Virus record (IMG/VR): IMGVR_UViG_3300031414_000008
Coordinates: 96,001-160,000 of that record
DNA length: 64,000 bases
Strand: one strand, 5' to 3'
DNA from: a virus
Part shown: positions 31,554 to 39,890 of the stretch, one piece after another
How positions within the stretch are numbered: position 1 is the first letter of the stretch
How the letters are laid out: every line of letters starts with the position of its first letter
The notes under the pieces: model-generated
Told to the model about the DNA's origin: nothing
The model's input: the letters and a program-made list of their open reading frames with translations, nothing else
The model's database searches: none
Translations under genes and position numbers: made by a program

Positions 31554-31611
31554 ATCCAGGGGAGGTTCGTTGGGTTATCCCAACAGATCTCCCCACATCT
31601 CAACGATATTT

Positions 31612-31621
31612 GGTATAAGAA
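31612..31621 (+). promoter_or_regulatory. GGTATAAGAA promoter-like motif
   Basis: Intergenic. Confidence 0.65.
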
Positions 31622-31670
31622 GAGTATAGACAAAGGTCTGTACCGTATCTATTAACCCAAGGAGTAAACA

Positions 31671-32612
31671 ATGGCAACTTTCAAACCGGCACTCATCAAC
31701 TTCTTCGGCGAGCCGATCGCAGTAATCGAAACCGAGATTGAAGTGCAGACTGCCGACGGCGTTCGCATTGAGCCGGTGCTGGGCGTCGTGGCTCGTCGTC
31801 TGGTAGAACAGCTAGGTCTTGACTGGCCAAGCCAGTTAGAGAAACTCAAGAACGATGAAGACAATCGTTATGGTGTGTTTGAAGCGAAAGCTCAGGCTGA
31901 AGATGGCCGCATGATCACTTCAACCATCATCCCTCTGACTTCCGTCAACGCCTTCCTCTTCAGCATTAACCGTAACAAGATCAGTCCGGACGACATGATC
32001 GAAACCAAACTGGCGAACGGTGAAGTTATCCGTGAAAGCAAACGTGCTAAGCTCGTCCGCTATCAGGATGAGTGTGCAATGGTGTTACATGACTATTGGA
32101 TCCATGGTGCAGCTATGAACTTCCGTGCAAACCCTTCCGAACTCGACTCTCAGAAAACCTACGACATTCTGCAGACTTCCCGTAAGCGTTACAACAACAT
32201 GTTTAACAACCTGGTCGGCTCTGTCGTAGAGAGCAAAGGTCACCGTGGTGAAGCGTTCGAAGCGGAAATCAAAGTGTTCGCTGACACGCTGGACCGTGAA
32301 GTGCGTGACGCGATCAAACTGTGCATGAACGCTCAGGAGCTGGACTTCGATAAGGGCCTGATCCGTAAGATGGGCGAAGCGGGTATCCGTGAGATCTCCG
32401 GTATCGAAGCGATGCACGTCTCTATCCTGGAGAACTGCGTCTGTGACCTGATCGGTCTGTTCCGTCGTAAAGAGATCGGCAATGGCGAAGACTACTCCAT
32501 CATCCTGGATACTCTGCCGGAGTACTTCTCTGACTACCTCAACAACGTTGGTAACCAGGTTCTGAACATGCGTTCAACCTACAACCGCGGTAAAGGTCTG
32601 TTCGTTCAGTAA
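31671..32612 (+). CDS. P22 antirepressor N-terminal domain protein
   Basis: ARRLVEQLGLDWPSQLEKLK...KLVRYQDECAMVLHDYW. Confidence 0.75.
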   Translation: MATFKPALINFFGEPIAVIETEIEVQTADGVRIEPVLGVVARRLVEQLGLDWPSQLEKLKNDEDNRYGVFEAKAQAEDGRMITSTIIPLTSVNAFLFSINRNKISPDDMIETKLANGEVIRESKRAKLVRYQDECAMVLHDYWIHGAAMNFRANPSELDSQKTYDILQTSRKRYNNMFNNLVGSVVESKGHRGEAFEAEIKVFADTLDREVRDAIKLCMNAQELDFDKGLIRKMGEAGIREISGIEAMHVSILENCVCDLIGLFRRKEIGNGEDYSIILDTLPEYFSDYLNNVGNQVLNMRSTYNRGKGLFVQ

Positions 32613-32651
32613 ATTCTAACGGCCCTCTTCGGAGGGCCAAAAGGAGATTCA

Positions 32652-33086
32652 ATGGAACTTTTAGTCACGATGTCTACCCGCAAGGGTCAATTCTTCTCGC
32701 CGCTCTGGACGTGGCACGGTCAGGAGTACGGTCAACACCAAATCCACTTGATGATCAAGATGCCAGAGACCGTGCAGGAGCTTCGCGAGTCCTGCGATTG
32801 CTGCGGCATGCAGTTACCGATGGCCAAACTCCTGGACTCGATTCGCCTACGCGGCTCCGGTGTCGGCCCCGAGATGTTCGATCGTCTCATGAGTGATTTC
32901 TGCATGACTATTGGAGATGCCAATACCCGTGGTATCATCTGGCAGACCGAGGACGAATGTATTGAGCTCACGTGTGTTTTCCTGAACAACGAAACTCACG
33001 TCCGGGACCACAAGACGGTCTATGATCTCCCCGGCTTGATTAACTTCACCAAAGACCTTACACTATCTAAAGCGTGGTCTGAGTAG
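32652..33086 (+). CDS. hypothetical protein
   Basis: AAGGAG RBS; TAG stop. Confidence 0.7.
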   Translation: MELLVTMSTRKGQFFSPLWTWHGQEYGQHQIHLMIKMPETVQELRESCDCCGMQLPMAKLLDSIRLRGSGVGPEMFDRLMSDFCMTIGDANTRGIIWQTEDECIELTCVFLNNETHVRDHKTVYDLPGLINFTKDLTLSKAWSE

Positions 33087-33172
33087 GGCGGTGTCCCCAC
33101 AACGGTCTTCTAAGCCGTTAGCATATAAAAGTGGGAAGGAGCTGAGAGGTTCGATTCCTCCACCGTCTACCA
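33086..33172 (+). tRNA. atypical tRNA-Arg(TCT)-like, no D arm, long variable region
   Basis: Acceptor GGGCGGT/ACCGTCT-A-CCA; ACGGT-CT-TCT-AA-GCCGT; T loop TTCGATT. Confidence 0.7.
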
Positions 33173-33184
33173 ACAGGAAACACT

Positions 33185-33388
33185 ATGAACAAACTCAAAA
33201 TTTGGTGGCTCAAACGCCGCCTCCGTCGTCTCTACCGCCGCTTCAACGAGGACTACTCCTTCTGGCAGTGCGGTAATGAACTCCTCAATGAAGTCACCGG
33301 CGGCCGCTTCGAACGCGACCGAGCCCGTATCCGTAAACTGAAAGATCACCTCCGGGAGATCGATCCTAACTTTCCGAAGGCAGCATGA
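33185..33388 (+). CDS. basic hypothetical protein
   Basis: AGGA RBS. Confidence 0.65.
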   Translation: MNKLKIWWLKRRLRRLYRRFNEDYSFWQCGNELLNEVTGGRFERDRARIRKLKDHLREIDPNFPKAA

Positions 33389-33576
33389 GCAAGAAATCCC
33401 AAGGTATCCGCTCCCGTCGTACGGCAGACGGTATCATCGAACTGTGGCTCGGTGAACCTGGCGAAGCAGAGAGTGAACGTATCATGTCCGTCTCTGACTT
33501 TTATCTCCCCGGCATCCTCTACACGCTCGAGAACATCCAGAAAGCCCCCGTCGTAGAACGCCATACGTATAAATAA
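33385..33576 (+). CDS. hypothetical protein
   Basis: ATGA coupling. Confidence 0.6.
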   Translation: MSKKSQGIRSRRTADGIIELWLGEPGEAESERIMSVSDFYLPGILYTLENIQKAPVVERHTYK

Positions 33577-33590
33577 CCCCGCCCCTCCGT

Positions 33591-33600
33591 GGTATAAGAA
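33591..33600 (+). promoter_or_regulatory. GGTATAAGAA promoter-like motif
   Basis: Followed by CAG-TGTAA. Confidence 0.7.
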
Positions 33601-33627
33601 CAGTGTAAACAACCAAGGAGAATTCGT

Positions 33628-33936
33628 ATGTTCAATCAAGACCCGCATGAAAAGTTCCAGGAAGATCTCGCTGAGTTTGACCTGGGTGCTGCATTCCGTC
33701 AGTTCTTCTCTGATAACGTTACCCTATGTCTGGCCGTCCTGGCAGTATCGGCTATCGCTGCTCTCGCAAACGGTGCCAAAGGTATCCTCACTCATCGACG
33801 TGTGGGTACTGTTCTGCTGGTCATCATGGTGTGCCGTGCGTTCCACGCCGGTGCCACTGCTAACCGTCGCCCTATCGTATTTAAGGACGTCACCCCTCCG
33901 AAGGAAGATGAACATGATCCAAAACAAGATAGCTAA
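33628..33936 (+). CDS. membrane protein
   Basis: AAGGAG RBS, two hydrophobic segments. Confidence 0.65.
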   Translation: MFNQDPHEKFQEDLAEFDLGAAFRQFFSDNVTLCLAVLAVSAIAALANGAKGILTHRRVGTVLLVIMVCRAFHAGATANRRPIVFKDVTPPKEDEHDPKQDS

Positions 33937-34333
33937 TGCACTGAAGTTTGCCCGCGAGCATGGGCACACACAGCACGCGAAGATCCTCGCCATTGTGGAA
34001 GGTGAAATGCGTGATCTGGCACGGCGTAAGCTGACTGATGGTCGCGATCCGATTCTTCACGATGGAGAGGCGAATGAGATCCTCAAACGTCACTTACGTC
34101 ACGCGGGCGTCACTCTGCAGATGAAGCCGGATGACCCTACTGCCGAGCTCGTGATCGACATCCTCAGCGACTTCCACGTCGAAGAGGTCATGAGCGACTC
34201 CGAGATTCGTCAACGCATCAAAGCTTCCGGTCTCCGGGAGCCCCGTCAGATCCTCAGACATCTCAACTCCTTCGGTGGAGCGGTGGACATGTCCCGTGCG
34301 AGAAGTATCGTGCGGACCGTGTACGGGGAATAA
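33914..34333 (+). CDS. GatB/YqeY-like protein
   Basis: Helical pattern IANALKFAR...KILAIVEGE...EVMSDSEI. Confidence 0.5.
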   Translation: MIQNKIANALKFAREHGHTQHAKILAIVEGEMRDLARRKLTDGRDPILHDGEANEILKRHLRHAGVTLQMKPDDPTAELVIDILSDFHVEEVMSDSEIRQRIKASGLREPRQILRHLNSFGGAVDMSRARSIVRTVYGE

Positions 34334-34389
34334 CAGGACCCCGCTTCGGCGGGGCGTCCTATCAGTAACTTTGCTTTAAGGTGAGACCC

Positions 34390-34560
34390 ATGACTCAATG
34401 TGTCTTCTGCAACCGGTCTGCAGTGTTGGAAAAGACCGAGAAGTATACCGTGGGAGAACGTCAGTTCGAACACACATTCTCCTACTGTGAGAGCTGCAAG
34501 GAAGACTTTGTGACTCCACAACAACAGCAACTCAACGAAGAACGTCGGAGCAAACCATGA
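34390..34560 (+). CDS. MqsA N-terminal-like (YgiT-type) zinc ribbon, 56 aa
   Basis: CVFC...YCESCKEDFVTPQQQQLN; AAGGTG RBS; ATGA coupling to the next gene. Confidence 0.6.
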   Translation: MTQCVFCNRSAVLEKTEKYTVGERQFEHTFSYCESCKEDFVTPQQQQLNEERRSKP

Positions 34561-35390
34561 GCACAATCGACCCTAACGAATTCACCAAGGGTGAAGTCTA
34601 CGCTCGTGAGAACCTGCTCGATAAGGTCTTCAAGTTAGATACTGACGTCGCCGTCAGCCTAATCGACCAAATCGAGGCACAATACTATGGTACTCCTTCT
34701 TATGAAGCTGGTGTTCGTAGTTACTGCCACAAACTGTATGACCAGTTAGGGGTAAAGACTATGAACAAACGTGTTGAAACTGAAGAAGCCTTCGGCATTG
34801 CCGGGGCACACCGTAAGCTGCAGCGTGCGTGGGATTTCGCTAAGGAAGCACACGCCGGGCAGGTCCGTAAGGGCACCGGAGGTGACTACTTCGAAGGTCA
34901 TCTCGTTCCTGTGGCCCGGGCGGTCTCTGACTTCGTGACACTGCACAATCCATCTATGGACCAGGTGATCACGATCCGTCAGGTGAACATGGTGTGTGCG
35001 GCGCTGCTGCACGACTGTAAGGAAGATCAGGGTGTGACCGAGCTGACTCTCGTCCGAGAGTTCGGTGAAGATGTCGCTACTCTGGTAGAAGGCATGACGC
35101 ACGAAACGGTGGGTAACCGTGCACAGCGTGAAGCGGCAACGCGTCACAAGCTGATCAATGCCGATTGGCGTGTCCGTTTACTGAAGTGCTTTGATATCCA
35201 GCACAACGGTTCAGACTTGGCGATGATTGATCCGGGATTCGGTACCGTGTGGTACAAAGAGAAACTCGAGTTGATTACTGCTGAGGATGGGAAGTTCTTA
35301 GAAGGGATCCCTACGATTGTGCAGGAATCCCTTAAGACTACTATCGGGCTCGGACTTCAACTGTCTTACGCCTTAAGCGCCAAGAAGTAA
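34557..35390 (+). CDS. RelA/SpoT-type HD (p)ppGpp hydrolase (small alarmone hydrolase) with N-terminal extension
   Basis: AKEAHAGQVRK...YFEGH...AALLHDCKED...LVEGMT...KCFDIQHN. Confidence 0.8.
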   Translation: MSTIDPNEFTKGEVYARENLLDKVFKLDTDVAVSLIDQIEAQYYGTPSYEAGVRSYCHKLYDQLGVKTMNKRVETEEAFGIAGAHRKLQRAWDFAKEAHAGQVRKGTGGDYFEGHLVPVARAVSDFVTLHNPSMDQVITIRQVNMVCAALLHDCKEDQGVTELTLVREFGEDVATLVEGMTHETVGNRAQREAATRHKLINADWRVRLLKCFDIQHNGSDLAMIDPGFGTVWYKEKLELITAEDGKFLEGIPTIVQESLKTTIGLGLQLSYALSAKK

Positions 35391-35882
35391 TGCCCGTTCG
35401 GCTTGGCGTCTCTTAACCAAACCGGGTAGGGTCTTCCCAGCGGAGCGGGTCCAGGAGAGCAGGCTGTCACCAGCTGCTCGAATGTTACCCGCCCGCATAT
35501 TTCGCAGAACAGAAGAAGGCTCACCATTGCGTAAAGTAATAAGTCCATCTTTAACTCCTTTCTTGCCAGGACCTACATTGTACACAAAGGAAACCAAAGC
35601 ATCAAATTCATTTTGCTTAAGCGGTAAGCCTAAACCGTTGATGATGTCCTCAGCCCACGCCACGTCTGCGGCGAAGAGACGGTCGATCTCGGCATCACTG
35701 AGGGTTTTCCCGTCATAGGACGTGTCACCTTTTTTCACCAAGTGACCGACCCCGATGGTCGGAAAGCCTTTAGCGTCCGCTGCACGGGCGATCGTCTTGC
35801 TCGTTGCATCGTCGTAGAGTTTCGAGCGACGACCTTCGAATTGTTCCATTTCGGCCTTACCGGCCGCACTGAGTTTGAACAT
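35373..35882 (-). CDS. GH24 phage lysozyme / endolysin
   Basis: EQFEG...D...PTIGVGH, FDALVSFVYNVG, GLVKRRQAE; GGAGG RBS. Confidence 0.9.
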   Translation of the reverse strand: MFKLSAAGKAEMEQFEGRRSKLYDDATSKTIARAADAKGFPTIGVGHLVKKGDTSYDGKTLSDAEIDRLFAADVAWAEDIINGLGLPLKQNEFDALVSFVYNVGPGKKGVKDGLITLRNGEPSSVLRNMRAGNIRAAGDSLLSWTRSAGKTLPGLVKRRQAERALLLGA

Positions 35883-35918
35883 AGTTAGTACCTCCAATCG
35901 TTATTTTAAGGAACCAAC

Positions 35919-36242
35919 ATGAACTGCATCGTGACATCCTGGTCGGATTTCAACCCAGAGATTGACGATATGCCCAATCGTCTGAAGTGGAAGGAACAGC
36001 GGGCATGGATTTACAAGAACTTACTCCGGAGGAAGAAGCAGCGGTTCTCGTGCTTTGAGGTCGGCGGCAACTATGAAGCGGCTGCACGGCTGTCTTCGAT
36101 GATTCGTCAAGGGATCGTCGAGATCACCGGCGGGGATTTCCCGTGGTCAACGTACAAGCTTCACGCCAAGCGTACTACCCAGCGGCGCCGTCGTTCACTG
36201 ATCCGCTTTAAAGACAACAGCATTCTTCTGGAGGCCGTATGA
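35919..36242 (+). CDS. hypothetical protein
   Basis: AAGGA RBS. Confidence 0.65.
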   Translation: MNCIVTSWSDFNPEIDDMPNRLKWKEQRAWIYKNLLRRKKQRFSCFEVGGNYEAAARLSSMIRQGIVEITGGDFPWSTYKLHAKRTTQRRRRSLIRFKDNSILLEAV

Positions 36243-36655
36243 AATACCTATTGTTACTGGCGTTAACCGGCTTCTTCTCCTGGCCGTACTATCACCGTAT
36301 GCGTTCCTTCAAATTCAGTGGTGGGATGAGCTATGCATTGGCTCTTCTCCCAAGTTTCATGATTGCTTTCGGTATTGCCAATATCATCGTCGATTTGAAT
36401 AACGGGACGTTCATCGATTTCACTCATCTGCCGGATATACTGACGAAGGTAACCTACGTAGTGTTCTGCTGCATTCTCAGCGGGGTATTCTGCTGGTTGA
36501 TGTTCACGGCGGACTGGATGAACGATAGTAGTAGTACTGGATGGAGTGCGGATGGGGATGGAGCATTCGTCCTCGCTATCTGCCTGTTTGCCGTCTGCGT
36601 ACTACAGGCTTACTTCGTCACGGACGTCATCATCAAAGCGGCAATGGTCATATGA
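36239..36655 (+). CDS. multi-pass membrane protein
   Basis: Four hydrophobic segments. Confidence 0.7.
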   Translation: MKYLLLLALTGFFSWPYYHRMRSFKFSGGMSYALALLPSFMIAFGIANIIVDLNNGTFIDFTHLPDILTKVTYVVFCCILSGVFCWLMFTADWMNDSSSTGWSADGDGAFVLAICLFAVCVLQAYFVTDVIIKAAMVI

Positions 36656-37176
36656 TCGGCAACAGAAAAGGGATCCTTCGGTGGAAGGCCGCGAGGATCG
36701 TCCAGCACGCGTGGTCCCGTTTGTACTGCAATATTTACGGGCACTTCTACCGTCCGTGCTTTATGCAACGCGGTGCGATGTCTCAGTATACGTGCGAGTG
36801 TTGCGGACAGTTGACACCGTGGATGAATAAACGTGAACACCACGCGTTCTTGCTGGAATTCCGCCCCACCTGGGGTGAACGTGGAAGTGATTCACAGGAG
36901 TATAGAAAGATGGGTAAACTTCATAGACCACCTCTTGAGAGGACTATCGGCGAACCCGATGGCGGCTGGGTTGGCGGGACGTACATGGTCAGGATTGCTC
37001 TGAAAAAATCCAAGGATATCCACAATGCTATCCTGCATGCACCGTACTTGGACGAGCTTGATCGGCCGACCGGTGCGAATATTTGGGTGCCTCACTTAGA
37101 GCGGAACTTCCGGTTGAAGGATCTGCACTATCTCGAGGTTGTTTCTCGTAACGATGCACTGTCGGAGTTTCTATGA
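36652..37176 (+). CDS. hypothetical protein; C-terminal half paralogous to the next gene
   Basis: ATGA coupling. Confidence 0.65.
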   Translation: MIGNRKGILRWKAARIVQHAWSRLYCNIYGHFYRPCFMQRGAMSQYTCECCGQLTPWMNKREHHAFLLEFRPTWGERGSDSQEYRKMGKLHRPPLERTIGEPDGGWVGGTYMVRIALKKSKDIHNAILHAPYLDELDRPTGANIWVPHLERNFRLKDLHYLEVVSRNDALSEFL

Positions 37177-37439
37177 ACTTTCCGCCAAAAGAACGGACCA
37201 TTGGTAAACCGAAAGAGGGTTGGCAGAAGGGCACGTATCTCGTGGACGTCTCCTTCCAGACCGGCAATCCGATCCACCCGGCAATCCTTCACGTGAAGTT
37301 TCTGCGTAACGGACAACCGATCAACGAGGTCCTGTGGAACCCCTCGTGGGAAGGTGAGCACCGGATCAGCGATCTGCACTATCTCGAGATCATCAGTCTG
37401 GATAAGAAGCTCTCGCATCACTTGGGGCGTGGCTTTTGA
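37173..37439 (+). CDS. hypothetical protein
   Basis: PPKERTIG...IHPAILH...DLHYLE. Confidence 0.7.
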   Translation: MNFPPKERTIGKPKEGWQKGTYLVDVSFQTGNPIHPAILHVKFLRNGQPINEVLWNPSWEGEHRISDLHYLEIISLDKKLSHHLGRGF

Positions 37440-37621
37440 ACGGGCCGATGATGACCGCCTTGGCTCTCTGCGGGGCGCACTGGATAGTGGGTTGGCCGAA
37501 GGAGTGGGAGTTCAAGCCGCTCCTGAAGTCGATGGCTAAGTGGGCGGGTGTGTACTTCTTCCTGTGGTTCGCTCAATCGGTTCTGTACGTCGAGGTTATC
37601 TTAGGATGGTGGCAGTTATAG
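37436..37621 (+). CDS. small membrane protein
   Basis: TTG start, hydrophobic, TAG stop. Confidence 0.45.
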   Translation: MNGPMMTALALCGAHWIVGWPKEWEFKPLLKSMAKWAGVYFFLWFAQSVLYVEVILGWWQL

Positions 37622-37755
37622 CTGCAGAGGTCATCGGGCTTTCCGTTGGGTTCTGCAGTCTTTGGAAGATCTTTAGGGGGTACGATTCGACCCTCTGGTT
37701 CACAATCGCGATGGTGACGCTAAGCGTTTGTGCTACGTTAATATTGGTGCAATAA
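37606..37755 (+). CDS. small membrane protein
   Basis: Hydrophobic 49 aa. Confidence 0.45.
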   Translation: MVAVIAAEVIGLSVGFCSLWKIFRGYDSTLWFTIAMVTLSVCATLILVQ

Positions 37756-37991
37756 TGTCAGCTATCATGTTATCCCTGATGAGTCTAGGCATAATGCTGA
37801 CGTCGTTCGGTATTCTGCTGTATTTGGTCTGTCGTCGCAGGTATAAAGGCTTCAACGGTGTAGTCGCAGCCGTTATGCTCGTTCTCTTCTTAGCGACGAC
37901 CGCGAACTCAACTCTCTTGGGTGCGTACGGGTTCAACACACTACGAAATGGAGGCCATAATGGAGCAGGATTATCTCTTTCTCGGGATTGA
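37755..37991 (+). CDS. small membrane protein
   Basis: TAATG coupling, two hydrophobic segments. Confidence 0.55.
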   Translation: MSAIMLSLMSLGIMLTSFGILLYLVCRRRYKGFNGVVAAVMLVLFLATTANSTLLGAYGFNTLRNGGHNGAGLSLSRD

Positions 37992-38478
37992 TCCCGGTTG
38001 GAAAAACCTCGGGTGGGGTATCGTCGACGTCAACGGTAAGTCCGTGGCCTCGGGTACGCTGAACCCATCCGAGTACCCTGTTGGTGAACTGCCCTTCGCT
38101 CTGCTCGAGAAGATCGAGGAGTACGTTCCCTACATCAAAGGCGTATCGATGGAGCGCTATGTGACGTATCAGGGGAAACATAACCCTGACTCTGAGCACA
38201 TCCTTCTCGTTACCGGCGGTCTGCAGTTCTTCGTTCGCTTCATGCTCAAGTGTCCGCTTGCCATGTACAAGGCGATCGACTGGAAGACCCCGCTCGCCAA
38301 GCACATCTACTTGACCACCGGTCAGGAAAATCCGTCAGACCGTCTCGACAAGGTGTTCTCTATGTTCGCCGGTGAGACCCTGACCGGGAAGAAGTTCAAG
38401 GTCGACCACGAGGCGGACGCATCCTGCCTCGCCTGGCTCGCCAGTGCCTCCTGGGCGCGTTCTAAGCCCCGTAAGTAG
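37960..38478 (+). CDS. ruvC: RuvC-like Holliday junction resolvase
   Basis: LGIDPG, SMER, DHEADA. Confidence 0.8.
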   Translation: MEQDYLFLGIDPGWKNLGWGIVDVNGKSVASGTLNPSEYPVGELPFALLEKIEEYVPYIKGVSMERYVTYQGKHNPDSEHILLVTGGLQFFVRFMLKCPLAMYKAIDWKTPLAKHIYLTTGQENPSDRLDKVFSMFAGETLTGKKFKVDHEADASCLAWLASASWARSKPRK

Positions 38479-38567
38479 GCTGACCTACGTCCTACCCTTA
38501 AAACCGCTCTGAGAGGCTTACAGGAGCTCTCAGAGCGTATCTCTAAAAATGTTGATAAGGAAACACA

Positions 38568-39068
38568 ATGTTATCTCGCGAAGAAATTATTCAGAAAATC
38601 ATTGAGGATGAAGCGGTTACAGCTTCCCTGATGGAACTGTCCCGTACTCATGATATGGACAAGCTGCACGTTGCCTTCCCGCATTACTTCAAAGCGTGTG
38701 CCGCCCTGGCGACCGTCGTTAATGACATGGGCCTGACGACCACCAACACGCCACCGGACGCAGTGGGCGTTGCCAAACTTCTCCCGTTGGTCACGATCGG
38801 TATGCCAGGCTTCAATGACGGCTTCGTGTCTCACTGGGGCGATCAGTACCTGAAGATGACGGGGGTCCCGGAGGTCTTCTACGAAGAAGCTGGCCACGAG
38901 GCCCGGGCCAAGGGTGAAGGTGGAGAGCCGAACTATCTGCATGGCCTGCTCGTCCTGGACTTGATCGGTGACTTGATCGTTCAAATGGCCGGCACCCACT
39001 TGATGATGGCAGCGGCGTTCAATATGGAAAAAGGCCTGCAGGCCGCAAACGGAGACTTCAAAGCATGA
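38568..39068 (+). CDS. hypothetical protein
   Basis: AAGGA RBS. Confidence 0.7.
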   Translation: MLSREEIIQKIIEDEAVTASLMELSRTHDMDKLHVAFPHYFKACAALATVVNDMGLTTTNTPPDAVGVAKLLPLVTIGMPGFNDGFVSHWGDQYLKMTGVPEVFYEEAGHEARAKGEGGEPNYLHGLLVLDLIGDLIVQMAGTHLMMAAAFNMEKGLQAANGDFKA

Positions 39069-39526
39069 ACGACATCTACCACATCCTGAAAGCGGTCTTC
39101 CTGAACGAAACCATGACCTCAGCGATCCGCCAGGCGGGCTTGGTCCGTCAGCGTCACTTACTCGCGGCACTGCGTGAAGATCCACCGTCAGCCGAACTCG
39201 CTCTGTCGACCATGAAGACTCAACACGTGTTCCTCGCTGAACTGTGCAAGGCGATGACCGAAGAAGGTGTTCCGGCAGAGGTCCTGGATGGTCTGGGCTT
39301 CCACTCGCTGATGTTCTTCGGGACTAACCCTCGGCTCGTCGAGATCGCCATCCTGGCTGTCTCCGGTGAAGAGGAGTACTCGCTCGAGCGGCTGGAAGAG
39401 ATCATCTCGGTCAAGCCAGACACCTCTGCGATCATCGCCGGTGAGGAATTCCCTGTCGACACACTGATGTGGCTGCGTCACATGGGCAACAGCTTTGCCA
39501 CTTACCTGGTGAAGTGTGCCAAATAA
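39065..39526 (+). CDS. hypothetical protein
   Basis: ATGA coupling. Confidence 0.7.
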   Translation: MNDIYHILKAVFLNETMTSAIRQAGLVRQRHLLAALREDPPSAELALSTMKTQHVFLAELCKAMTEEGVPAEVLDGLGFHSLMFFGTNPRLVEIAILAVSGEEEYSLERLEEIISVKPDTSAIIAGEEFPVDTLMWLRHMGNSFATYLVKCAK

Positions 39527-39529
39527 ACG

Positions 39530-39549
39530 AAGAGGGGAAACCCTCTTTT
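39530..39549 (+). terminator. intrinsic terminator
   Basis: AAGAGGG-GAAA-CCCTCTT-TT. Confidence 0.75.
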
Positions 39550-39556
39550 AGCTTTT

Positions 39557-39873
39557 CGTTACATGAAAGGTTACACGAAAACCCTGATATACCGGGCTTT
39601 AGAGGGGGTTCAAACGTTGTAACCTTTCAAACGTCACCCTAAGACATCTATAGGTAGAGTCCTACTATATATATTACGAATGTCTTTTTTATAAAAATAA
39701 ATAATATATGGACCCTAAGGGGCTATAGGGCTGTCTTGAGGTGGGTTCGAACGGTTACAACGTTTGAGTCCGCACGATCCGTTAAGCTCTTCGCAAAATC
39801 CCCGTAACCTACCTGCCCGAATCTGTGGTATACTCAATATTGCCCGATCTGCAGGTATAACTAACATGTAACC
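39557..39873. repeat. large inverted repeat around an AT-rich core with GTTAC iterons (candidate origin)
   Basis: Perfect 15-bp IR at 39610-39624 / 39753-39767; AT-rich core 39665-39709. Confidence 0.55.
39854..39863 (+). promoter_or_regulatory. GGTATAACTA promoter-like motif (variant)
   Basis: Followed by ACA-TGTAA, upstream of the nrd cluster. Confidence 0.65.
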
Positions 39874-39890
39874 CCTAACGGAGATCCTCC

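Noticed and set aside
38505-38537. 11-bp inverted repeat after the ruvC-like gene
   Set aside because: A real hairpin, but single copy and without a U-tract, so no function can be supported.
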